Shown here: positions 27,910-37,008 of the stretch, piece after piece
Layout of the letters: the number at the start of each line of letters is the position of its first letter
Numbering within the stretch: the first letter of the stretch is position 1
Assembly: GCA_913062915.1 (NCBI GenBank)
Contig: CAJXWH010000001.1
Span: forward strand, 1-53,585
Reading direction: 5' to 3'
Length of the DNA: 53,585 bases
Origin: an uncultured Acidiferrobacteraceae bacterium
Lineage (GTDB): Bacteria; Pseudomonadota; Gammaproteobacteria; Arenicellales; UBA868
Program-made: the position numbers and the translations under genes
Notes under the pieces: model-generated
The model's database searches: none
What the model saw: the letters and a program-made list of their open reading frames with translations, nothing else
Told to the model about the DNA's origin: nothing

Positions 27910-29238
27910 CTAAATGCCGATTCGATCGAGTTGCCCGTACCACCAGACAGATGCACTCAGAAACCATGGCTTGCCGTGATAAAAAGGGCGGGTGCGAAAC
28001 GGCAAGTCGTCGAGCGCAGTTCTACCTTCCTTGAGGCCCAGCACCTGCTGTCCCAACCGGGTACCAAAATAACTGGCCAGGGAAATACCGGATCCACAAT
28101 AGCCGAGCGAATACCAAACTCCATTGTGCTGACCAAGATGCGGCACATGCGCAAAAGTCCAACCCACAAATCCCATCCAGGAGTGGGTCACGCGGGTGTC
28201 TTTAAGCTGCGGAAAAATAACGGTCATTTGATCGTGCAGCCGCGGTGCGCTGACCCGGGTGTCAGTTTCTGTTAGCGATACCCGGCCACCGAACAACAAG
28301 CGGCGCCGGTCCGGCGACAGTCGGTAGTAGACCACGACCCGCCGTGAATCCGTAATGTTCCGATCCATCGGTATGAGACAAGATGCCCGCTCGATGCCTA
28401 GGTCCTCTGTCGCAATGATGTAACTGCCGATGGGAATGACCCGCCGTTGCTGCCAAGGCGTAAGAGGTCCCGTATAACCACCCGTCGCGACAACAACATC
28501 GCGCGCCTCAACGGTTCCCCGGCCCGTGCGAATTCTAAAGCCTGTTCCTCTGGGTAAGGCCTCAATAGAGAGCGCAGGGCAATAGCCAACGACACGAACG
28601 CCAGCGGCAAGAACACGGTCCAGTATGCCCTGATGGTAGGCGGCAGGATCGAGCGAGGCATGCTTTTGAAACACCAGCCCGCCATGATAGAAGTCGGTGC
28701 TGATTTCAGACGACTGCTCTGATCGGGGCACCAGATGGGCACCGAGCGCAGGGCCATCGGGGTGGCTGTTGAGCCGCCGCCCCAATTTCTCGTAATGGCG
28801 AGGGGTATGGGCACCGTGAAACCGGCCTGTGACACGAAAATCACACGCGATGCCTTCTTCCCGAATGAAGTCACCAATCCAAGCAAGCGCGCGGTATCCT
28901 TCTTTGAGCACCTGGCGGGCTGTATCGCTGCCGTGCTGTTTTGATAAGCGCGCAAAATCCGGCTTGATGCTGCTGCTCACCTGGCCGCCGTTTCGAGAAC
29001 TGCAGCCCCATCCGATTTCCTCGGCATCGATCACCAGCGTCGATCGACCACCGCGCGCGGTCTGGACCGAAGCGCAAAGGCCGGTGTACCCGGAACCAAT
29101 TACCAGTACATCCACCTTTGGAGGGAGATCGTCAAGCGCCAGGTGTGGGCGTGGCGTGCCTCCCCACCAGTAGGGTCGGGCCACAAAGTCGGAGGCGAAA
29201 ATATTGGAACGAATTGAATCCATCTGGTTCTCATTCAC
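27910..29238 (-). CDS. FAD-dependent oxidoreductase (DAO family; gamma-glutamylamine oxidase PuuB-like)
   Basis: VLVIGSGYTGL dinucleotide fold. About 440 aa. The start is GTG 29238, directly after the upstream stop, or ATG 29223. Confidence 0.8.
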   Translation of the reverse strand: MNENQMDSIRSNIFASDFVARPYWWGGTPRPHLALDDLPPKVDVLVIGSGYTGLCASVQTARGGRSTLVIDAEEIGWGCSSRNGGQVSSSIKPDFARLSKQHGSDTARQVLKEGYRALAWIGDFIREEGIACDFRVTGRFHGAHTPRHYEKLGRRLNSHPDGPALGAHLVPRSEQSSEISTDFYHGGLVFQKHASLDPAAYHQGILDRVLAAGVRVVGYCPALSIEALPRGTGFRIRTGRGTVEARDVVVATGGYTGPLTPWQQRRVIPIGSYIIATEDLGIERASCLIPMDRNITDSRRVVVYYRLSPDRRRLLFGGRVSLTETDTRVSAPRLHDQMTVIFPQLKDTRVTHSWMGFVGWTFAHVPHLGQHNGVWYSLGYCGSGISLASYFGTRLGQQVLGLKEGRTALDDLPFRTRPFYHGKPWFLSASVWWYGQLDRIGI

Positions 29239-30345
29239 TCAAAGCGGCTGTTCGCTGACCTGGTAGTGACTGGACTCGAGCCAACGAGGATCGATCTCTA
29301 CACCCCAGCCCGGCGCATTCGAGACCGTAACCTGTCCGTCCTCCACCGTATAAGGCGGCTCGACGAACAGATCCTCTTGCCACGGATAGTAGTCGGGCCC
29401 CTCGATCGAAAACTCGAGATAACGACCCGGGTTTTTAACTGAACGCAGGAGATGCATCGTAAACAAAGTCACCATCGAAAGATTTGCACAATGTGGGGTG
29501 CAGGGGAGGCCGGCGCCAGTCGCCATGGCCGCCACCTTCATGGCCCGCAGCATGCCGCCGACATAACATACATCGGGCTGAACGATATCAACCGCGGCCC
29601 GATCGACGATTCTCTGCCAGGTCGACAAATCACAGTCCTGCTCCCCTCCGGCCACATTGAGCGCAAGCGCTTTCGTGACTTCTCTTGTCTGTTCGATCTC
29701 CCAATAGGGACAGGGTTCCTCAAAATGCTCTACCCCATGTTCCTGCAGTAACTGTCCTACCTCGATCGCACGGCGTGGAGAGAATCCGCTGTTGGCATCG
29801 ACCAGTAAAGCGACATCGTGGCCAAGAGCCTGCCGAACCGCCGGAACAATCGCCTCGGTGCGACCTGGCCATTCATCCCGATCCCTGCCACATTCTGCGC
29901 CGACGCGGAATTTGAACGCATCAAAACCGAACTCATCACGCAACCGAGCCAGTCGCTGTGCTTCGGCTTTTGGCGTGATGTCACGTTTCATGCTCGACGC
30001 GTACGCCCGCAGTCTGCCTGGCGTGCCACCGAGCAATTCGCAAACGCTTTTACCGTCGGCCCTGCCCCACCGGTCCCACAAAGCTGTTTCAACGCCTGCC
30101 AGGGCTCGCCGAAGATAGGAACCTGGAAATTTGTGCTCTTTTTCCGGAATGACTTTGACCAGTGCTTCTATGTCATAGGCGTCCTCACCCAGTGACCATG
30201 GTGCGATCTGGCGATGCACGATTTGGGCGCTGATATCGGCATTGTATGGGGCAACCTGTCCCCAGCCCCACGTGCCGTCCGCTGCCGTAACCCGAACGAA
30301 CGCCAGAAACTGCCGGCTGAACGTCTCGATTTTCTGGATCTTCAT
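29239..30345 (-). CDS. Enolase-superfamily enzyme (mandelate racemase/muconate lactonizing family)
   Basis: Metal ligands [19 protein letters not shown]. The His/Asp pair is present (VQPDV, CTPHC). I prefer ATG 30345 (MKIQKIETF), with GAGGGG upstream. Confidence 0.85.
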   Translation of the reverse strand: MKIQKIETFSRQFLAFVRVTAADGTWGWGQVAPYNADISAQIVHRQIAPWSLGEDAYDIEALVKVIPEKEHKFPGSYLRRALAGVETALWDRWGRADGKSVCELLGGTPGRLRAYASSMKRDITPKAEAQRLARLRDEFGFDAFKFRVGAECGRDRDEWPGRTEAIVPAVRQALGHDVALLVDANSGFSPRRAIEVGQLLQEHGVEHFEEPCPYWEIEQTREVTKALALNVAGGEQDCDLSTWQRIVDRAAVDIVQPDVCYVGGMLRAMKVAAMATGAGLPCTPHCANLSMVTLFTMHLLRSVKNPGRYLEFSIEGPDYYPWQEDLFVEPPYTVEDGQVTVSNAPGWGVEIDPRWLESSHYQVSEQPL

Positions 30346-30372
30346 CGCCCCTCGGGTCGCACGACCCACCCC

Positions 30373-31458
30373 TTACTCACGGAATATGATCACGTTCCGA
30401 AGCACAGCCCCGGTTTTAACCTCGGCGATGGCCTCATTGATACCCTCGAGCGGATAGCGGTTCGAGATGAGTTCATCGAGCTTCAGTCGACCGCTTCGAT
30501 AGTGCTCGACAAGGGCGGGAATATCGGAGCGCAACCGAGTCGACCCCATCTTGCTGCCCACCAGGTGAATGGCGTCATTCGCGAGATCCAGGGTTTCGAA
30601 CTCGGCCTTGACTCCCTCTGCCGTCATTCCAACCAGCACCACCATGCCGCCCCGGCGGGTCAATTGGACGCTTTGCTCGATTGCTGCACGACTTCCGGCG
30701 GCTACAAAAACATAATCCGCACCTCTTCCTCCAGTCAGGCGGCGGACGGCATCTGCTGCGTCTTCTGCCACCGGATCGATCACATGGGTGGCGCCAAAAC
30801 GCGGCACCGCTTCGAGCTTGTCGCTGGACAAGTCGAGCGCGATATTGAGCTTGGCATTCGCGAGCGCAGCGCCCTGTACACAATTGATACCCACGCCACC
30901 CGCGCCAATCGTCACCACGCTCGCCCCTGCGGGCACGGCCGCCACATTCTTCACCGCTCCGACCCCTGTAATCACGCCGCAGGAAAGCAGGGCTGCACTG
31001 TCCATTGGCAGATCCGGTGGGATTTCGACCACCTGTGAGGCATGAACAACGACTTCCTCGGCAAATGCCCCGGTCCGCAGACCGTGGCCGACGGGGGTAC
31101 CGCGCTGATCGGTAATCGGAGAGGATTCGTCCAGCGAAAAACGGGTCTCGCACAAGCTTTCCTGGCGTTGCCCGCAAAAAAAGCAATCGCCGCACGAGCG
31201 GAGCAGCGTAACCAGCACCGGCGCGCCGCAGCGCAGCCCTTTCACATCTTCACCGATTCCTTGAACAATCCCGGCCGCTTCGTGACCAAAGACGGTCGGC
31301 AGTACGCCGCCCCAATCGCCATCCATATAAGTGATATCACTGTGACAGATTGCGCATGCGTCGAGCCGCACATGAACCTCACCGGGCCCTGGCAACCGAA
31401 GATTTATAACTTCAATCGCAAGGGGTACACCAAATGTTCGACAAACAGCGGCTTTCAC
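30373..31458 (-). CDS. Zinc-dependent alcohol dehydrogenase (MDR family)
   Basis: Motifs: CAICHSD, GHEAAGIV, the structural zinc site CGDCFFCGQRQESLC, and GAGGVG. I prefer GTG 31458 (VKAAVCR) over TTG 31473. Confidence 0.85.
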   Translation of the reverse strand: MKAAVCRTFGVPLAIEVINLRLPGPGEVHVRLDACAICHSDITYMDGDWGGVLPTVFGHEAAGIVQGIGEDVKGLRCGAPVLVTLLRSCGDCFFCGQRQESLCETRFSLDESSPITDQRGTPVGHGLRTGAFAEEVVVHASQVVEIPPDLPMDSAALLSCGVITGVGAVKNVAAVPAGASVVTIGAGGVGINCVQGAALANAKLNIALDLSSDKLEAVPRFGATHVIDPVAEDAADAVRRLTGGRGADYVFVAAGSRAAIEQSVQLTRRGGMVVLVGMTAEGVKAEFETLDLANDAIHLVGSKMGSTRLRSDIPALVEHYRSGRLKLDELISNRYPLEGINEAIAEVKTGAVLRNVIIFRE

Positions 31459-31518
31459 GTTGCTGTCTTCCAATTGTGCTAGGCGTCAGTGTTGTGTTGT
31501 TTGCAATTCGATCAAGAT

Positions 31519-32871
31519 TCAGCCCAAGTTGAGATACCAGTCAAATTCCAGCGGGCTAAATTGGTCATAGTAATTGTCATGTTCAAACTGTTTGGTCAGG
31601 CGGTAAAGATCCAGGTAGTCCGCACCGAGGTATTCCGACAAAATCTGCCCCACGGCCAGTGCGTCAAGCGCAGCCTGCCAGCTAAACGACAGGTCAGGAT
31701 CTCGGTCGCCGCACACATTTCCCACACTGGCTTCCCCTGGGTCCAGTCGATGCTGGATACCGTGATGCACGCCGGCAAGCACTGTCGCCAGCACCAGATA
31801 AGGGTTGGCGTCGGCACCTGCCACCCGGTGCTCGAGCCGACGGGAAGAATTCGCCCCGGCCGGGATCCGAACAGCGACGGACCGATTGTTGTATCCCCAG
31901 GACCGGCGGATCGGCACATAAAGATTAGGAACAAAACGACGATAAGAATTGACGTTCGGCGCAAACAATGCCATCGCTTCGGGCATAGTCTCCAATAACC
32001 CACCCAACGCGTGACGCAAGACCGGGCTACCAACTTCTGTGCCATCATCGAACACGTTGTGGCCCTCTTCGTCGACCAGGCTCAGGTGAACATGAAGCCC
32101 ACTGCCTGCATCTTCCCGGTAGGGCTTGGCCATGAATGTTGCTGCCGCGCCGTGTCGCCGCGCTGTGCCACGAACCACTCGCTGCAACAAAATGGCATGA
32201 TCCGCTGCAACTTGCACATCAGGCACATGATGTAAGTTGATCTCATACTGGCCCTGGGCGTATTCGGTGCTGGCCGCACCCAAACGAATGTTCTGTGCCT
32301 CACAGGCCCGGCTGACATCTCCAAGAAACTTGGAAAAACCTTCGAGGTCACTAATGCTATAGACCTGAGTGTCCCGGACCCGGTGTCCGGATGTTGGCAG
32401 CAGTGGCGGCTGCACGGTGCCGGTGGCAGCTAGATTTAGGTCGATCAGATAAAACTCGAGTTCGAGCGCGACGACCGGGAACAATCCCTCGGCTGTCAGC
32501 CGTTTACAAACCGAACTCAGAACATGGCGGGGGTCTACACTGCAAGGTGACCCATCAAGATCGTACAACGTACCGAGCACTTGCCCCAGTGGTTCGTCAA
32601 ACCACGGCACCCGCTGCAACGTTCCCGCCACCGGCCTGGCGCACACATCAGGGTCTCCATCGCTGAACCCACGCCCACCGGGATCACCACCCTCGCCAGT
32701 GACATCGAGCAGCATAATCGAACTCGGCACCTGAAAACCTTCCTGATAAAACTTGTCAAGATCCGCTCTCGGCAACCGTTTGCCGCGAATCACATTACAA
32801 AGATCCGGTAACAGCACATCGACAAACTGAACGTCTGGATGTGCCTGTAAGAAAGTCGTCAACTCTTCCAT
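31519..32871 (-). CDS. Glutamine synthetase family protein (gamma-glutamyl-amine synthetase, PuuA/GlnA3-like)
   Basis: GS catalytic-domain motifs (GSGLHVHLSL, NRSVAVRIP). The ATG at 32871 gives a 450-aa product. The 549-aa ORF-track version overlaps ybbP and has a Cys/Trp/Arg-rich N-terminus that does not look real. Confidence 0.85.
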   Translation of the reverse strand: MEELTTFLQAHPDVQFVDVLLPDLCNVIRGKRLPRADLDKFYQEGFQVPSSIMLLDVTGEGGDPGGRGFSDGDPDVCARPVAGTLQRVPWFDEPLGQVLGTLYDLDGSPCSVDPRHVLSSVCKRLTAEGLFPVVALELEFYLIDLNLAATGTVQPPLLPTSGHRVRDTQVYSISDLEGFSKFLGDVSRACEAQNIRLGAASTEYAQGQYEINLHHVPDVQVAADHAILLQRVVRGTARRHGAAATFMAKPYREDAGSGLHVHLSLVDEEGHNVFDDGTEVGSPVLRHALGGLLETMPEAMALFAPNVNSYRRFVPNLYVPIRRSWGYNNRSVAVRIPAGANSSRRLEHRVAGADANPYLVLATVLAGVHHGIQHRLDPGEASVGNVCGDRDPDLSFSWQAALDALAVGQILSEYLGADYLDLYRLTKQFEHDNYYDQFSPLEFDWYLNLG

Positions 32872-33028
32872 CGGATTTCTAAATGCACCTTGGGTAACAT
32901 TGTCGGACCGTATGCTAACAAACGTCCAGCCACCCGAGCGCACCGTCAACTCGTTGACGTTTGCAACTCTTCGTAGAACGGTCGCCCGGCTGCGTGCGCG
33001 CCAGCGTTCCAGCGAGTTCCCCCCACTG

Positions 33029-35521
33029 TCACAATCGCTGCAAACTCTGAAGCACAGGACGGCGCACCACCCGCTGCACCGCCAACAGCCCGGCCGCGCC
33101 CACACCCACAGCGCCACCGACAATCCCGTAGATGAACACGGCAGGACCCGGATCGAAGGACAACTCAAATACGTTTCTCGACAGAAGATACCCGGCGAGT
33201 GACGCGAAAAGCGCAGCCACCAGACCGGCCATAGCTCCTAGCAAAACGAACTCGGTAAGTTGGGTGCCCCAAATACGTCTTCGCTTCGCACCAAGCGATC
33301 GGAGAATTGCTATCTCGCGCATGCGCTCGCGGGCACTTGTCTGGACGGCGGCATAAAGAACCACCAGCCCCGCCAACAAAGTGAAAGCAAAAACGTACTG
33401 CACTGCCGTGCTCACTTCCCTAATGATCGATCGAACCTGCTCGATCAGGGCGCCCACATCGAACACCGTGATCCCTGGAAAACGCCGGACCAGGTCTCCA
33501 GCAAACCGGGCTCGATTGTCCGGCAAATAGAAGCTCGTGATATAAGTCGCGGGATAGAGTTCCAGCATGGAAGGTTTACCGATCACGAAGAAATTCACTT
33601 GGAAGGAATCCCAAGTAACACGCCTAAGGTTAGAGACTTGGCCCGTTACTTCGTTTTCACCAACTGTAAAAGTCAGCGTATCGCCGACTTCCAACCCCAG
33701 ATTGTCGGCGATCCCCTCCTCGAGGGACCATTCTCCCCGTGAGGGGTCATCGGTCCACCAGCGACCTGCGATCAGTTCATTGTTTACGGGCAGATCATCC
33801 GAGAATGAAAGATTAAATTCGCTCGGCACTTCCCCAGATTCCCTGGATCCACCCGAATTCCAACCCCGCCATTCACCGTCGCTCTTCTCGGGCACCAGCC
33901 GTCCGCGGGCCATGGGGAAGATCCCGGGCAAAGTGAGATCAGCCTCTTCCAGCATCTCGACAACCCCTCGCTGTTGATCCGGCTGGATATTGATGACAAA
34001 TCGGTTCGGGGCATTGTCTGGTACGGTGCGCTGCCAACTGTCGAGCAGGTCTACTCGAATCACAGTCAACAACAACAGCGCCATGATGCCGGTACCGAGG
34101 GCAACGATCTGCAGGATCACCATGCCGGGCCGCCGACCCAAATTGGCCAATGCATAGCGAAAGACCGTATGCCGCACCGGCAAACGGCGAACGAACCAGA
34201 CCAGCAAAGCGCCGATGGTCAGCAACGCAGCCATCAGTACCAATAACGACGCGATCACCCAGGTGGCAAGAACAGGATCCTTGCCCTGCCAAAGCAATAC
34301 GACAAACGTTGCAGCCAGCGCAATGCCAGTCGAGAGAATCGACGACGGTCTTGGCATGTCATGCTCGCTGCGCAACAGTCGAAGCACCGGCACCTGGCGC
34401 AAGGACAGAATCGGTGCCAAACCAAAGCCAAGAGCTACAACAGTTCCAACGATGACACCTGCCAGCAACGGGCGAAACGAGGGCGCCGGCAACTCTACCT
34501 GAAGGGCGCTGCTTGCAAGCGATGCCAGAAATTCTTGCGCAATCAGGCCTGCCGCGCACCCAAGCGCTGACGCCAGCCCCGCAGCGGTCAACATCCGACC
34601 AAGGAAAATCCGCAGGACATAGCCCTGGCTTGCGCCGAGACAACGCATCACAGCGGCAGCATCTTGCTGCTGCCTGGCATAGAGCCGCATGGCCAATAAG
34701 ATCGCCGCCCCGGCAATCACGATGGCCGTGATGCTGGCAAGTCCTAGGTAACTGGCCGCTCGATCGAGCGCGGTACGGATCTCCGGTTGGACTTCACGGA
34801 CGGTTCGAATCCTAACGCTTGGGTCATCTCGTTCGCGCGCCCAGTCAATGAATGTGGCAACCCGTTTCGGCTCACCGGCGATCAACAAACGGTGGCGGGC
34901 GCGGCTGGCCTCCGACAACAACTCCGCCGCTTCGAGGTCGCTCCGGTTCATCATGACTCGAGGGGCTGCTAACTGAGAAAAGATACCCGTATTGTCCGGC
35001 TCGTAGGACAAAACACGCGCAAGTCGAAAGAGAGACGCCCCCAACTTGATGGACTGACCGAGTTGCAGGCCACTTTCTGCAAGCAGTGTAGACCCCACCC
35101 AAAGCGTCCCGAATTCTGGAACGGCATCGGTTTCCGTGCCCTCTTCGAACAATTGATCCGAGACTCGCAAGCGACCTCGTAACGGGTATCCCGTCTCTAC
35201 TACTTTCACGGCAACCAGCTTTGGCATACCCTCGGCGTCAAGAATCACGCTTGGAAATTCAACCTGGCGGCTGACGGCCAGTCCGTCCTCCGCCGCCTTG
35301 CTCCTATAGATCGGCGCAATGGGGGTACTGGCTTCAATTCGAACATCAGCGCCAAGCAACTCGCCCGAACGTTGCTCCATGGCAAGGCGTATCCGGTCCG
35401 TGAAAAATCCAACGGAGGTCACGGCCGTGACCGCTACCACCAGTGCGATGATAACGACCCTCAGTGCCCCCGAGCGGCTGTCTCGAATGAATGCGGCGAG
35501 GTGTGCCGGCGCCCGGATCAT
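33029..35521 (-). CDS. ybbP: ABC transporter permease with two FtsX domains (YbbP-type)
   Basis: 830 aa. Duplicated FtsX 4-TM modules. ATGA overlap with ybbA. The ybbA/tesA synteny matches E. coli. Confidence 0.85.
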   Translation of the reverse strand: MIRAPAHLAAFIRDSRSGALRVVIIALVVAVTAVTSVGFFTDRIRLAMEQRSGELLGADVRIEASTPIAPIYRSKAAEDGLAVSRQVEFPSVILDAEGMPKLVAVKVVETGYPLRGRLRVSDQLFEEGTETDAVPEFGTLWVGSTLLAESGLQLGQSIKLGASLFRLARVLSYEPDNTGIFSQLAAPRVMMNRSDLEAAELLSEASRARHRLLIAGEPKRVATFIDWARERDDPSVRIRTVREVQPEIRTALDRAASYLGLASITAIVIAGAAILLAMRLYARQQQDAAAVMRCLGASQGYVLRIFLGRMLTAAGLASALGCAAGLIAQEFLASLASSALQVELPAPSFRPLLAGVIVGTVVALGFGLAPILSLRQVPVLRLLRSEHDMPRPSSILSTGIALAATFVVLLWQGKDPVLATWVIASLLVLMAALLTIGALLVWFVRRLPVRHTVFRYALANLGRRPGMVILQIVALGTGIMALLLLTVIRVDLLDSWQRTVPDNAPNRFVINIQPDQQRGVVEMLEEADLTLPGIFPMARGRLVPEKSDGEWRGWNSGGSRESGEVPSEFNLSFSDDLPVNNELIAGRWWTDDPSRGEWSLEEGIADNLGLEVGDTLTFTVGENEVTGQVSNLRRVTWDSFQVNFFVIGKPSMLELYPATYITSFYLPDNRARFAGDLVRRFPGITVFDVGALIEQVRSIIREVSTAVQYVFAFTLLAGLVVLYAAVQTSARERMREIAILRSLGAKRRRIWGTQLTEFVLLGAMAGLVAALFASLAGYLLSRNVFELSFDPGPAVFIYGIVGGAVGVGAAGLLAVQRVVRRPVLQSLQRL

Positions 35522-36192
35522 TCGACTGACTTCAACCGTCCCGCTTCCATCGCTAAAACACGGTCGCAGCGTGACGCCAGCGCCGTATCGTGCGTAACCA
35601 ACACCAGGGCACTTGCGCGTTCTTTTCGCAGTGTAAATAGCATGTCGGCGACGGCTTCGCCCGTATCGGCATCCAGATTTCCGGTCGGCTCGTCCGCAAA
35701 CAGTACTTGGGGTTGAATCACAAACGCCCGGGCTAAAGCCACGCGCTGCTGCTCCCCGCCTGAGAGCTGCAGGGGCATATGCTGCATCCGCGCGGCAAGC
35801 CCTACGCTTTCCAGCATCTGCGCTGCCTGGGAATATCGATTGCCCTGACCGGCAAGTTCCAGTGCGAGTTCAACGTTCTCCAATGCAGTCAATCCGGGAA
35901 GCAGGTGAAACAACTGAAAAACAAATCCAACCTTGCCAGCGCGCAGTGCTGCTTTCCCGTCTTCGTCCAAGCTGGAGAGATCCTGGCCCAGCAAGTGCAC
36001 CGTACCCCGGGTCGGTGAATCCAGCCCCGCCAGCTGCCCCAGCAGCGTTGACTTTCCTGAACCGGAAGGCCCGCGAATGGCAACCGCCTCGCCGGCTTCG
36101 ATCTCGAGATCGACCTCGCTCAGAATTGTCAGGATCCCGGCCGGGCCCTCGACTTGCCGAGTCAATCTTTGGGCGGCGACAATGGGCTGCAT
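35518..36192 (-). CDS. ybbA: ABC transporter ATP-binding protein (YbbA-type)
   Basis: Walker A GPSGSGKST, signature LSGGEQQR, Walker B LFADEPT. Confidence 0.9.
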   Translation of the reverse strand: MQPIVAAQRLTRQVEGPAGILTILSEVDLEIEAGEAVAIRGPSGSGKSTLLGQLAGLDSPTRGTVHLLGQDLSSLDEDGKAALRAGKVGFVFQLFHLLPGLTALENVELALELAGQGNRYSQAAQMLESVGLAARMQHMPLQLSGGEQQRVALARAFVIQPQVLFADEPTGNLDADTGEAVADMLFTLRKERASALVLVTHDTALASRCDRVLAMEAGRLKSVE

Positions 36193-36811
36193 GATGCGCT
36201 GGGTCCTCGCTTCGCTATTCTTTGTGGTGTTTGCTCTACCCGCCGGCAGTTATGCCGCGACCGTCCTGGTCATGGGAGACAGCCTGAGTGCAGCATACGG
36301 CATTGACCGGGAGAAGGGTTGGGTAAATCTGCTGGCCCGTAGATTATCGAGAATCGACGGTGAACACCAAGTGATCAACGCCAGCATCAGCGGCGAAACC
36401 ACGAGCGGCGGGGTGCGCCGAATCCGTCCGCTGCTTCGCACCCATCAACCCCAGATCGTTGTCCTGGCGCTGGGCGCAAACGACGGACTCCGTGCCAATG
36501 GTCCGCAACACATCGAACACAACCTAGAGGCCATGATCGAAAGCGCCAAGCGTCAGAATGCGCTGGTGCTGCTCATTGGAATCCGTCTGCCGCCCAATTA
36601 CGGCGCATCCTACAGCGACGCATTTGGCGCTGTCTTTCCCCATTTGGCCGAGCGACATCATCTGCCCCTGGTCCCTTTTCTTCTTAAGAACGTAGCGGAA
36701 CACGAAGAACTTATGCAAACCGACCGCCATCACCCTACAGCACGCGCTCAGCCGTTAATTCTCGACAACGTTTGGCCCAAGCTGTTACAACTTCTGCGAA
36801 CGCTCCCCTGA
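36191..36811 (+). CDS. tesA: SGNH hydrolase: thioesterase I / lysophospholipase L1 (TesA-type), secreted
   Basis: Signal peptide MMRWVLASLFFVVFALPAGSYA, then GDSLSAAYG (block I), GANDG (block III) and DRHHP (block V). It is divergent from ybbA. The ORF-track start at 35933 is a shadow extension. Confidence 0.85.
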   Translation: MMRWVLASLFFVVFALPAGSYAATVLVMGDSLSAAYGIDREKGWVNLLARRLSRIDGEHQVINASISGETTSGGVRRIRPLLRTHQPQIVVLALGANDGLRANGPQHIEHNLEAMIESAKRQNALVLLIGIRLPPNYGASYSDAFGAVFPHLAERHHLPLVPFLLKNVAEHEELMQTDRHHPTARAQPLILDNVWPKLLQLLRTLP

Positions 36812-36891
36812 CCCATTGCACCAATGCTTTTTCTGACTCCTTTACGAAACAGCATGTCGAATTGGCTATTGAGAATAGGTGGAGAATTTTG

Positions 36892-37008
36892 ATGGGGTTC
36901 ATAGTTTTGCTTCTCATTGTGTGGGTTACAGCCATATACAGGATTAAGACTCATAAAAAGTCGCAGGACCAGTTGGAAACAAAAGTCCGTTTAAAGACCG
37001 GGCCTTGA
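36892..37008 (+). CDS. Putative 38-aa single-pass membrane peptide
   Basis: ATG at 36892 preceded by GGTGGAG, with 5 nt between the SD and the ATG. Product: MGFIVLLLIVWVTAIYRIKTHKKSQDQLETKVRLKTGP. The TGA overlaps the TTG start of the next gene (TTGA). Confidence 0.4.
   Translation: MGFIVLLLIVWVTAIYRIKTHKKSQDQLETKVRLKTGP

Noticed and set aside
30214-31195. 274-aa plus-strand ORF, and a 206-aa minus-strand ORF in an alternative frame.
   Set aside because: Both overlap the Zn-ADH and enolase-superfamily genes, which carry clear motifs. Their composition is Arg/Gly/Pro-rich and not protein-like.
32872-33168. 99-aa N-terminal extension of the glutamine-synthetase-like ORF.
   Set aside because: It overlaps the 3' end of ybbP and is Cys/Trp/Arg-rich. 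GS-like homology begins at the internal ATG at 32871.
35933-36190. 86-aa N-terminal extension of the tesA ORF.
   Set aside because: It lies antisense within ybbA. The signal peptide and SGNH blocks begin at ATG 36191.
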